From: Candidatus Iainarchaeum sp.
GTDB taxonomy: Archaea; Iainarchaeota; Iainarchaeia; Iainarchaeales; JAFCCJ01
DNA: 14,028 nt
Reading direction: 5' to 3'
NCBI GenBank assembly: GCA_043816965.1
Contig: JBDRHK010000090.1
Span: forward strand, 1 to 14,028
This document shows, in pieces, positions 1-9,669 of the stretch. A model generated the notes under the pieces. It saw only the letters and a list, made by a program, of their open reading frames with translations. It did not search any database and was not told where the DNA came from. The stretch's first letter is position 1, and every line of letters starts with the position of its first letter. Both the position numbers and the translations under genes were made by a program.

Positions 1-76
1 ATATAATTATAATATATATAATATAAAGGGCCAAAAATCCTGGAATTTGCCCTAAAAATTTATTTAGAGGTTAATT

Positions 77-607
77 ATGCATATAGAATCTTTAAGGGTG
101 CCCTTGGAAAGAATTGCGGTTATTATAGGCAAAGCTGGCGCCACAAAGGCCGAAATTGAGGAAAAAACCTCCACAAAACTGGAAATTGACTCAGAAACAG
201 GGGAAGTGAGTGTAGGCAGCAAAAAGGATGATGCTGTTGCGGTTCACCGCTCTCTGAATGTGGTCAAGGCCATTGCAAGGGGCTTTTCCCCGAAAAATGC
301 ATTCAGGGTTTTGAAAGAGGGATATTATCTGGAAATTCTCGACCTGAAAGAGTTGGTTGGGAAATCGGAAAAAACAATGATTTCGAAAAGGGGAAGGGTA
401 ATAGGAAGAAGAGGAAAGGCAAGAGAGGAAATTGAGGAAACAACCGGGGCAGTAATATCTGTTTATGGGAAAACAATTTCGATTATAGGTATGGAGGAAG
501 AAATAGAAAAGGCGAGGAGCAGCATTGAAATGCTCCTTGAGGGAGCAAGCCATTCAACTGTTTATGGAATGCTGCACAGGGAAGATGTAGGGAAGTTTGA
601 ATTATAG
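77..607 (+). CDS. KH-domain RNA-processing protein (archaeal Dim2/Pno1-like rRNA maturation factor)
   Basis: 176 aa with two KH GxxG loops (IIGKAGAT, VIGRRGKA) and the family-like segments KAIARGFSP and EMLLEGASHSTVY. SD-like GAGGT lies just upstream. Position before top6B/top6A is a common archaeal arrangement. Confidence 0.9.
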   Translation: MHIESLRVPLERIAVIIGKAGATKAEIEEKTSTKLEIDSETGEVSVGSKKDDAVAVHRSLNVVKAIARGFSPKNAFRVLKEGYYLEILDLKELVGKSEKTMISKRGRVIGRRGKAREEIEETTGAVISVYGKTISIIGMEEEIEKARSSIEMLLEGASHSTVYGMLHREDVGKFEL

Positions 608-615
608 GTGGAAAA

Positions 616-2274
616 ATGGACGGCACAAGGGAACATGTATTGGCTGAGGATATAGCAAAGGACTTCAAGGAGCATTCTGTAGCGGAATTTTTCAAGAAGA
701 ACAAGCAGATGCTGGGGCTTGTCGGAAAGATAAGGACACTTACCACCATAATTCACGAATACGTTACCAATTCATTGGATGCCTGTGAGGAGGCGAAGAT
801 CCTTCCTGATATTGAAATTACGCTTGATGAGCTTGGCAGCGAATATTATGAGCTTACTGTCAAGGACAATGGCCCAGGTTTAACTGAGAAAACTGTTGGC
901 AAGGCATTTGGGCAATTGCTAGCCGGAACCAAATTCCACAGGATGATGCAGAGCAGAGGGCAACAAGGAATAGGTGCAGCCGGCTGCACAATGTACAGCC
1001 AGATGACTACTGGAAAGTCTGTGAGAGTTATTACTGGAAGCGGAAATGGGAAGGCATTCAGTGTTGAGATTAACATCGACCCAAAGGCAAATCAGGCAAA
1101 ACTTTCCAATCTTGTTGAACTGAACAAGCCCTTCAAGGGCGTTGCAGTAAAGGCAAAATTCAAGGGAGTTAAATATGTAAATTCAGAGCAGGCCCCTTTG
1201 GAGTATCTCAGGAGGACTGCGATAGCAAACCCTCATGTGAGGATTAGTTTTAGGGACCCGGCAAAAGAAACAACTATTTTTGAGAGAACCACCAAAACCA
1301 TTCCATCAAAGCCGAGTGAGATGAAGCCCCATCCTAAAGGCGCGACTGTTGATGAAATTATTACTGTTTCAAAATCCACAGACGCGAGAAAGATTAATTC
1401 ATTCCTGAAAAACGAGTTCGACAGGATGGGGGATAAGGCTATTTCCGAGATTACGAAAAAGGTTTCGTTTGATTTAAACAAGGATCCCAAAAAACTCACA
1501 TGGGAGGAATCTGAGGAAATTGTAAAGGCATTTAAGACCATTGATTTCATTGCCCCGAGGACTGATGGCCTTAGGCCTATTGGGGAGGACAGGATTTCAA
1601 AATCCCTGAAAAGCATTGTAGAGCCGGAATTCCTTTCAGTAATAACAAGGAAACCAAACGTTTATTCCGGCGGGTTCCCTTTCCAGACAGAGGTTGCGAT
1701 AGCATATGGCGGGAAGGCAGGAAGGGGTTCAGGCATAAAAACTGATGAGGGTGTTGAGCAGAGGAAGATCGAGGTAATGAGATTTGCAAACAAGGTGCCT
1801 TTGCTCTTTGACGGTGGGGGCTGTGCTATAACAAAGGCTGTCCAGTCCATTGACTGGAAAAGGTATGGTGTCAAGGATATGGAAACCGCACCCATCACAA
1901 TATTTGTGAATTTGATTTCTGTTTATGTCCCTTACACAAGCGCTGGCAAGCAGGCGATTAGTGAGGAACCGGAGATAGTTGAGGACATAAGGCTTGCGCT
2001 AATGGATTCGGGGAGAAGGACAGGGAGATATATTATCGGCAAGAGAAAGCTTCAGGAGAAGAAGATGAAGAGGGAGACATTCCTAAAATACATTCCTGAG
2101 ATTGCAATGGCGCTTAACAAAATTACAAAAGAGAGTGAAGCGATGTTAAAGGAAAAACTCGAGAAACTGGTTATTGCAAAACTCAAACTGGAAGAAAAGG
2201 AAGAGGAAGACCTGCCCGAGGATATTGAGGAAGCGATTAGGGTTACAAAGCTTGATGGAAGGGGGAATAAGTAA
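616..2274 (+). CDS. top6B: DNA topoisomerase VI subunit B
   Basis: 552 aa with GHKL ATPase motifs HEYVTNSLDA, DNGPG and SRGQQGIG, plus transducer motifs RFANKVPLL and VPYTSAGKQ. AGGTGG SD at 606-611. Confidence 0.97.
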   Translation: MDGTREHVLAEDIAKDFKEHSVAEFFKKNKQMLGLVGKIRTLTTIIHEYVTNSLDACEEAKILPDIEITLDELGSEYYELTVKDNGPGLTEKTVGKAFGQLLAGTKFHRMMQSRGQQGIGAAGCTMYSQMTTGKSVRVITGSGNGKAFSVEINIDPKANQAKLSNLVELNKPFKGVAVKAKFKGVKYVNSEQAPLEYLRRTAIANPHVRISFRDPAKETTIFERTTKTIPSKPSEMKPHPKGATVDEIITVSKSTDARKINSFLKNEFDRMGDKAISEITKKVSFDLNKDPKKLTWEESEEIVKAFKTIDFIAPRTDGLRPIGEDRISKSLKSIVEPEFLSVITRKPNVYSGGFPFQTEVAIAYGGKAGRGSGIKTDEGVEQRKIEVMRFANKVPLLFDGGGCAITKAVQSIDWKRYGVKDMETAPITIFVNLISVYVPYTSAGKQAISEEPEIVEDIRLALMDSGRRTGRYIIGKRKLQEKKMKRETFLKYIPEIAMALNKITKESEAMLKEKLEKLVIAKLKLEEKEEEDLPEDIEEAIRVTKLDGRGNK

Positions 2275-4934
2275 TGGCAAAGAAAGCAAATAAGATTCCT
2301 GCAAAGAAGGGCAAGGCTGCAGAAAAAACAACTGCAAATAAAACACAGAAATCACGCACAGGCAAGAAGGACACCCCGAAAGAGATAGCAAAGCATATTG
2401 AGCTTATTGGGAGAGGGGTCGTTGCCGAAATAAAGAAGGGGCAGGATCCCAGCTTTGAGACCCAGATGAGGGGGCGGAGCAATGTTGAGTTTGATGCCAA
2501 GTCAAAGTTTCTTTCCCTCGGGGACAAGATGACTACCAGGAATTTCCTGAACATTGGCCATGCGAGGAAGTTTATGCAGACAATGATGGTTGCTGCAAAA
2601 ACAAATGATTATCTGAAAGAGAACAAGACAGCGGCAATCAGGGAAATTTACTATGAGCTTAAGCACACTTTAGGGAAAACCAAGGAAAATACCTTTGATG
2701 ACCAGACAGAATCAGATTCTGTGATAGTTGATTTGGAACATTCGGTTGATACAATCAGGGAGAAGCTTAATTTACATGCAAACCCAAAGGGAACCCTTTA
2801 CGGAGAGGTAACTCTCAGGGACAAGATGCACAATAACGACACATTCAACTGCGCCAAATTGGGAAGGGGCGGCTGGAGCGTAATGAGCAGGATTGAGCCT
2901 GAGGAAATCCAGATTGTTAAGGCCAATGCGGATTATGTGCTTATGATTGAGACAGAGGCAATGTATGAAAGGCTTGTCGAGGAGGGTTTCCCGAAAAAAA
3001 ACAGGGCGCTTCTTGTAAGCACTGGGGGGCAGGCGGCAAGGGGGACAAGGAGGCTTATCCAGAGACTTCATGCCGAGGCAAATCTTCCGGTTTATTGTTT
3101 TAGCGTGGATGGGGAAGAAACAGTGGTAATTGAGGAAGATGGCCTGATTAAAAATGTGCAGTTGAAGGAACTTATGAACGGCAAAGAAGTACTGAAAATT
3201 GATGGGGTCATAGAGAATGAACGGGCCACAATCAACGCAAAATCAATGTGTTTTGATGATAAAAAAACCAGCTTCGGCCAGATAAATCAGGTAATAAGGC
3301 ACCCTATTGTTGAAGACCTTTATGAGGTTAAAACAGATTTGGGTTACAGTGTAAAGGCAACAAGGTCACACAGCCTCATTGTTTACGATTCAAAAAAACA
3401 GGAATTTGTTGAGAAAACACCTTTAGAGGTTGACATGAACAATGATTTTGCGATTATCAGCCTTGACGTTCCAAACAATGAAAGCCTGAAAAGGATTGAT
3501 TTGGCAGAATTTGCAATCGACCATCCAAACGCCGAAATTGGAAAAGACGAAATAACCAATAAAAAAAATAAGGTTTCAATTCCGCGCTTTATTGAGAAAG
3601 AAAAACTAGGTGACTTTTGCAGGCTGCTCGGTTATTACGCAGCTGAGGGCAATCTAGATGATTATAGAATCGTTTTTAGTTTCAACAAAAACGAGGAAGA
3701 TTACATCCAAGATGTTTTTAATATATCGGAATCACTTTTTAATATTGAAGCAAAAGCACGCGATCCTCACAGTACAGAAACACAAGTGATGATTCATAAT
3801 ACTATTCTGTCCAAGATATTCAGAAACATTGCCTCAACAGGTTCGGCAAATAAAAGAGTCCCAAATATTGTTTTCAATGTACCGACAAAATCGAAGAAGG
3901 AATTTCTGACGGGATATTTTAGAGGCGATGGCAGGGTAGATTTCAAGAAAGAGAAAAGTTCGGTTGAACTATGGGCGAAAACAGTAAGTAAGAAACTGGC
4001 CTACGATTTGGTTCTGCTTATCTCGCAGATTGGCGCCAATGCAACAATTCAGTACCCGAAAGAAAGCAGCGCCGAGCATGAAGTTGAAATGACAACTGCA
4101 TCAGGGATTCAAAAAACTAAAATTATTGCAAGACTAACGCCTTACCTCATAAGCATTTCAAATAAAGAGGCATTGTTAAATCTTAAGGAGCTCGTGTCAG
4201 AACTCAATCCTCTCGCACTGAAACATATTGAAAATAGTTACATAAAAACACCAAAAATTGACAGCCTTCCAAGAGAATTTGTTGAAAGATTCAGGCAAAA
4301 TTTCAGGGAAGAATTTAGGGGGGATCTTGAGAAAAAATTGCCTCCCGCAACATTCCAGTGGCCCAGAATTTCTAAGAAAAAATTGCGTGAATTGCTCAAG
4401 GGCAAGGAATTAAGCAGAGAGCTACAAACTCTGAAGGAGTTTGCCAACAATAAAACAACTTTTGCAAGAATTAGCGGAATAGAAAAAGTGGAGCCGAAGG
4501 ACAAATACGTTTATGATATTGAAATGGCAGGAACCCACAGGTTCTTTGCAAACTTTATGTGTGTCCACAACACAGACGGTGACCCTTATGGATGGTATAT
4601 TTATAGTGTTGTAAAGCAGGGGAGTATGGCACTTGCCGCACATTCTGAATTTATGGCTGTTCCAAGCGCAAAATTCATCGGCATGACTTTGGATGATGTT
4701 GAAACCTATGGCCTGGAAAATGTCACTGAGAAAATGAAGGAAGGGGACATTAAAAGGGCAAAGGAAATGATTGAATATCCCTGGTTCCAGAATGAGCCCT
4801 GGCAGAGGCAGCTGAAAAAAGCCCTTGTCCAGAAAATCAGGATAGAGCAGCAGGCCTTGGCTAATAAATCACTGGACTTTGTTGCAAAGGAATATCTCCC
4901 TAAAAAGATTAAGGCAAAGGACTTCCTACCCTAA
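2274..4934 (+). CDS. top6A: DNA topoisomerase VI subunit A precursor containing an intein (886 aa precursor, 396 aa after splicing)
   Basis: Catalytic Tyr motif IREIYY, TFDDQTESD, TOPRIM glutamate region IETEAMYERL, TGGQAARGTRR and C-terminal RIEQQAL. Removing the insert restores LPVYCF|TDGDPYGWYI. Overlaps the top6B stop by 1 nt (TAATG). Confidence 0.96.
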   Translation: MAKKANKIPAKKGKAAEKTTANKTQKSRTGKKDTPKEIAKHIELIGRGVVAEIKKGQDPSFETQMRGRSNVEFDAKSKFLSLGDKMTTRNFLNIGHARKFMQTMMVAAKTNDYLKENKTAAIREIYYELKHTLGKTKENTFDDQTESDSVIVDLEHSVDTIREKLNLHANPKGTLYGEVTLRDKMHNNDTFNCAKLGRGGWSVMSRIEPEEIQIVKANADYVLMIETEAMYERLVEEGFPKKNRALLVSTGGQAARGTRRLIQRLHAEANLPVYCFSVDGEETVVIEEDGLIKNVQLKELMNGKEVLKIDGVIENERATINAKSMCFDDKKTSFGQINQVIRHPIVEDLYEVKTDLGYSVKATRSHSLIVYDSKKQEFVEKTPLEVDMNNDFAIISLDVPNNESLKRIDLAEFAIDHPNAEIGKDEITNKKNKVSIPRFIEKEKLGDFCRLLGYYAAEGNLDDYRIVFSFNKNEEDYIQDVFNISESLFNIEAKARDPHSTETQVMIHNTILSKIFRNIASTGSANKRVPNIVFNVPTKSKKEFLTGYFRGDGRVDFKKEKSSVELWAKTVSKKLAYDLVLLISQIGANATIQYPKESSAEHEVEMTTASGIQKTKIIARLTPYLISISNKEALLNLKELVSELNPLALKHIENSYIKTPKIDSLPREFVERFRQNFREEFRGDLEKKLPPATFQWPRISKKKLRELLKGKELSRELQTLKEFANNKTTFARISGIEKVEPKDKYVYDIEMAGTHRFFANFMCVHNTDGDPYGWYIYSVVKQGSMALAAHSEFMAVPSAKFIGMTLDDVETYGLENVTEKMKEGDIKRAKEMIEYPWFQNEPWQRQLKKALVQKIRIEQQALANKSLDFVAKEYLPKKIKAKDFLP
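3102..4571 (+). mobile_element. Intein with LAGLIDADG (DOD) homing endonuclease in Top6A, Ser277-Asn766, +1 residue Thr
   Basis: Block A SVDGEETVVI, block B KATRSHSL (TxxH), LAGLIDADG motifs LLGYYAAEG and FLTGYFRGDG, block F YVYDIEMAGTHRFFAN and block G VHN|T. In-frame insert of 1470 nt. Confidence 0.95.
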
Positions 4935-6665
<1,731 letters not shown>

Positions 6666-6712
6666 AATATCAATCCCTTAAAATAGCTGATAGTATTAGG
6701 TGTTTATTATTT

Positions 6713-7954
6713 TTATTTCTTTCCTAAAACCAATTCATTCGCCTTTTCCAGTTCATTCTCGGCAAGGAGTTCGAAAAACCTGCGGAAATCGAATGCATCC
6801 TTAAAATCCGTCTCTTTCAGGTTCTTTTCCAATAAATCAAGGCCCATTTCTGCCACTGATTTTTTGGAGCGCTGCATTTCCCTCAATTCGGAAATTCTCT
6901 TTTTGAACCCCTCAGCAGCAAACTCGCGGGAGATTGAAAAAATCGCCTTCCCCTTGACTTCTGCAAGGATTTCATTGAATGGGATGTCCCCCACACTATA
7001 GCCCTTTGCAAGTTTTCCTGTGAGCTTCAGGCGGATTATTGGAGGAAGATCCAGATCATTTTTCAAATCACCGCAAATTGCATTTTTCACCATTTCAAGG
7101 ACCTGCTCGGAATTCTCACCCTCAAATTTTATTTTATGGTAGAAAAGTTTTCGCTGTTTTGGAAGGGAAAGGAATTTCAGATTATCTGTTTTTGAGTCAA
7201 AAATGTAAATTCCCTTTGAATTTTCCGATTCGATTTTTTTCGACTGGGTGATTATTGTAGAACCAGGCATTATGAATTTGCTTTCACCCAAGTTTTGCTC
7301 AGTTTTCCAGTGGAGATGCCCGTCAATAAGGAGTTCAAATCCCTTCGGCAAATCATCAAGAGAAAGGGTGGAAATCATGTCATCATTAAATGGGAGGAAT
7401 TCATTAAGCGACTGGTGGAAAATGAAAATATTTTTTGCATCAGGAACTGGTTCCGGGCTCAGGAGCTGCAGCACTTCCAGCGCCTTTTTTTCGGGAACCC
7501 CGCCCATTCCCTGCACCGCGATTTTTTCATCACCCTTTTCGAAAATAATCGTTGATGCATGCGCATTCAGGAGCAGGTCTGCCCTCTCCAGAAGCTCAAG
7601 AATGTTTTTGTGGTCCTTGCCCCTGAATTCATGGGTGCCGGGAATTGCAACAACAGGGATTCCGGAAACATAAATTTCTTTTTCCTTCCCGTCCCTCATA
7701 ATTTTTTTCAAATCAATATTTTTTGAGGGGATTCCCTTTGGAATAAGGAGTATTTCAATCGCCTTGTACAAAACATCCTGGGGAGGAATTGCCTCATCAA
7801 ACATGTCTCCGGGAATTAAAATCATTTCCGCGCCATTCTCCAGCGCAAGTTCAATCGCCTGCCTTGCATTCTCAAAACTCTCCCCAACCCTATCCCCCTT
7901 CTCTCCAAAACCAAAATGGAAGTCAGACATTATCGCAATCTTCACTTCACTCAC
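6713..7954 (-). CDS. Mre11/SbcD-family DNA repair exonuclease (metallophosphoesterase)
   Basis: Motifs SDFHFG, GDMFD, PGTHE (at the GNHD position), FHQ, GHLH and MPGS, followed by a capping-domain-like C-terminal half. GTG start overlaps the end of the HAD gene. Confidence 0.85.
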   Translation of the reverse strand: MSEVKIAIMSDFHFGFGEKGDRVGESFENARQAIELALENGAEMILIPGDMFDEAIPPQDVLYKAIEILLIPKGIPSKNIDLKKIMRDGKEKEIYVSGIPVVAIPGTHEFRGKDHKNILELLERADLLLNAHASTIIFEKGDEKIAVQGMGGVPEKKALEVLQLLSPEPVPDAKNIFIFHQSLNEFLPFNDDMISTLSLDDLPKGFELLIDGHLHWKTEQNLGESKFIMPGSTIITQSKKIESENSKGIYIFDSKTDNLKFLSLPKQRKLFYHKIKFEGENSEQVLEMVKNAICGDLKNDLDLPPIIRLKLTGKLAKGYSVGDIPFNEILAEVKGKAIFSISREFAAEGFKKRISELREMQRSKKSVAEMGLDLLEKNLKETDFKDAFDFRRFFELLAENELEKANELVLGKK

Positions 7955-8603
7955 CCAATGAAATTATTTTTTCTACATCAATCTCTTCCAATGATTCAAC
8001 CATCAAATCAGCCCTTGAAAAATCCTGCCCCTTCGAGAATTTTCCGGGAACTGCGATTGCCTTCATTTCCGCATTTTTTGCTGACTCAACCCCTAATTGG
8101 GTGTCTTCCACAGCAACACATTCATTAGGAGCAATTCCTAATTTCTCCGCAGTTTTCAGGTAAACCGCAGGGGAGGGCTTATGTTCAGTGACATCATGAA
8201 TGTCCACCATTACGGAAAATTTATCTGTTAGGTTGAATTTATCGGTAATTAAGTGTATGTTCTTCTTTGAGTTGGCTGATGCAATTGCCAGGATTATTCC
8301 CATTTCCTCAAGGGAATTGATTAATTCTTTCACGCCTGGATTTAGGGGAAGCTCCCCAGCAATCTTTTTTGTCGCCGCAATATGTGTATTATTATGGAAC
8401 TCATCATAATCCCCATCGAGCCCGTATTTTTCTTTTAGTATTTGAAATTTATTGCTGAAGGTTTTTCCAACAATGTTTTCATAATCCTCTTCAGTTAATT
8501 CAATATTCCTTTTTCCCATAAATTCCGCAATGCTCCCATGCCACATAGAATCGGTGTCTGCAATAACCCCGTCGAAATCGAAAATCACCGCCTTAATTGC
8601 CAT
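7947..8603 (-). CDS. HAD-superfamily hydrolase subfamily IA (CbbY/beta-phosphoglucomutase-like phosphatase)
   Basis: Motif I IFDFDGVIAD, motif II ASAN, motif III KPSP and motif IV VEDT..GVESA. Start placed at ATG 8603 (MAIKAVIFDFDG) rather than 8627. Confidence 0.9.
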   Translation of the reverse strand: MAIKAVIFDFDGVIADTDSMWHGSIAEFMGKRNIELTEEDYENIVGKTFSNKFQILKEKYGLDGDYDEFHNNTHIAATKKIAGELPLNPGVKELINSLEEMGIILAIASANSKKNIHLITDKFNLTDKFSVMVDIHDVTEHKPSPAVYLKTAEKLGIAPNECVAVEDTQLGVESAKNAEMKAIAVPGKFSKGQDFSRADLMVESLEEIDVEKIISLGE

Positions 8604-9498
8604 AAACCATCCCTCTCTTTTCCTCAAGCAGTTCTTTAGGGTAGAAAATCAGCGGCCTGAAGACAGGCAGTTCTGCACCAATCCTTTTCAGTTCCTTTCT
8701 CAATTTGGTTTCCCCTGAAACCAGTGCCTGAACATTTATATCTGGCTTTTCAACCAGCTGTCGCAATTTTTGCAGCGGCGTGAAAAGAAAACTCCTGAAA
8801 GAGTTCCATCTCACCAATTTTTCAACTTCCTTCTCAATTTCTTTGGATTCTTTCTCAACAACCGGGAAGATGTTGCAGCCCCTGCGCATCATTAAAAAAG
8901 CCGCGACCAAATCATCCTTTTTACCTGTAAAAAGCATAGCGACATTTCCCTCAACCCCGAGTGGCAAACCTTTTGGGCCGGGAATCTCCTCCAAATAGAT
9001 GAACATATCCTTTCCCCTAATTTCAACATTAACTTCCTTGTCTGGATTGGAAAGATTTACTTTCAGGCCGGGAAATTCCCCCATAATTTCCGAACCCAAT
9101 TTTTCCCCCAATTCCTGATTGGTCAACTCCTTATTGTCAACAACCCTTGGCCTTACTGCAAAACTATCACCCTCTTTCAAAAATCCTTTGCAGACCTCGG
9201 TCCCCTTTTCCAGAATTTTTTTCAGGTTAACGCCGTGGACTGATTCTGCCTTTGCAAAGGAATGGATTCCAAAAACAAGGGGTAAAAGGGCGTGAATTTC
9301 ATCCAGATTTTTCATTTTTTCAGGATAGAGGTAAAGCCTTCCCCCTTTCTTAACTATTCTGCTTCCGGCAAGCTTGTTTGCGCGGAAAACAGATTTCATG
9401 TTTGAGACTAATTTGTCCATGAAATATTTCCTCACAAAATGGCTTTTCAGGGAGATTTCCGAGGAAGTCTTGATCAGGAGGCAATTTGGGGAAAGCAT
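8593..9498 (-). CDS. ThiI-like THUMP-domain protein with a degenerate PP-loop
   Basis: N-terminal LLIKTSSEISLKS, THUMP segments SFAVRPR and LKVNLSNPDKEVNVEIR, and GPKGLPLGVEG. The SGGxDS motif reads TGKKDD, followed by VAAFLMMRRG. The second Met (9498) fits the ThiI N-terminus; 9516 is the alternative start. Confidence 0.85.
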   Translation of the reverse strand: MLSPNCLLIKTSSEISLKSHFVRKYFMDKLVSNMKSVFRANKLAGSRIVKKGGRLYLYPEKMKNLDEIHALLPLVFGIHSFAKAESVHGVNLKKILEKGTEVCKGFLKEGDSFAVRPRVVDNKELTNQELGEKLGSEIMGEFPGLKVNLSNPDKEVNVEIRGKDMFIYLEEIPGPKGLPLGVEGNVAMLFTGKKDDLVAAFLMMRRGCNIFPVVEKESKEIEKEVEKLVRWNSFRSFLFTPLQKLRQLVEKPDINVQALVSGETKLRKELKRIGAELPVFRPLIFYPKELLEEKRGMVYGN

Positions 9499-9504
9499 AA
9501 ACAA

Positions 9505-9529
9505 TTTTAAAGGCATAAGGGTTAAAATA
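9505..9529. promoter_or_regulatory. Candidate divergent archaeal TATA boxes
   Basis: TTTTAAAG (+, 9505-9512) lies about 30 nt upstream of the leader ATG at 9542. TATTTTAA (-, 9529-9522) lies about 24 nt upstream of the thiI-like ATG at 9498. Assigned on motif and spacing only. Confidence 0.4.
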
Positions 9530-9541
9530 TTACTGAGTTAA

Positions 9542-9604
9542 ATGAGTGGTCAAAACAACAAAAAGAAATGCACTTGCAACTGCTGTTGCTGCTGTTGTTG
9601 TTAG
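9542..9604 (+). CDS. Poly-cysteine leader peptide MSGQNNKKKCTCNCCCCCCC (putative attenuator of cysK-cysE)
   Basis: Reads ATG AGT GGT CAA AAC AAC AAA AAG AAA TGC ACT TGC AAC TGC TGT TGC TGC TGT TGT TGT TAG. Contains 9 Cys codons, 7 of them consecutive, mixing TGC and TGT. Ends 65 nt upstream of cysK. Confidence 0.88.
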   Translation: MSGQNNKKKCTCNCCCCCCC

Positions 9605-9665
9605 AGACCTCTCTCAAAAACTCTTTTAACCGGTTTTTTGGGGGATTACAAAACTAGAGAGATGG
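9603..9665 (+). promoter_or_regulatory. Putative attenuator region with mutually exclusive pairings
   Basis: TCTCTCAAAAA (9610-9620) can pair with TTTTTGGGGGA (9635-9645). CCTCTCTC (9608-9615) can instead pair with GAGAGATGG (9657-9665), which occupies the cysK RBS position. T6 tract at 9634-9639. Confidence 0.6.
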
Positions 9666-9669
9666 CTAT

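Noticed and set aside
1..52. AT-only stretch (1-27) and imperfect inverted repeat GGGC...GCCC (28-52)
   Set aside because: It may be a promoter or operator, but it is low complexity, imperfect and cut by the window edge, so no function can be supported.
3096..3101. Intein beginning at Cys275 (CFSVDG...)
   Set aside because: This would leave PVY|TDGD, two residues shorter than the PVYxFTDxDP pattern. A Ser277 start restores the spacing.
9581..9602. TGC/TGT run read as a microsatellite, or in other frames (poly-Ala/Val, Leu, or Gln on the reverse strand)
   Set aside because: Variation is limited to the third position of TGY, the run has an in-frame ATG and an immediate TAG, and it precedes cysK. 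A Cys leader explains it better.
9542..9604. Leader ORF as a metallothionein-like or RiPP precursor peptide
   Set aside because: It is only 20 aa with a contiguous Cys run rather than CxC/CxxC spacing, and no modifying enzymes are nearby. Not fully excluded, but less parsimonious.
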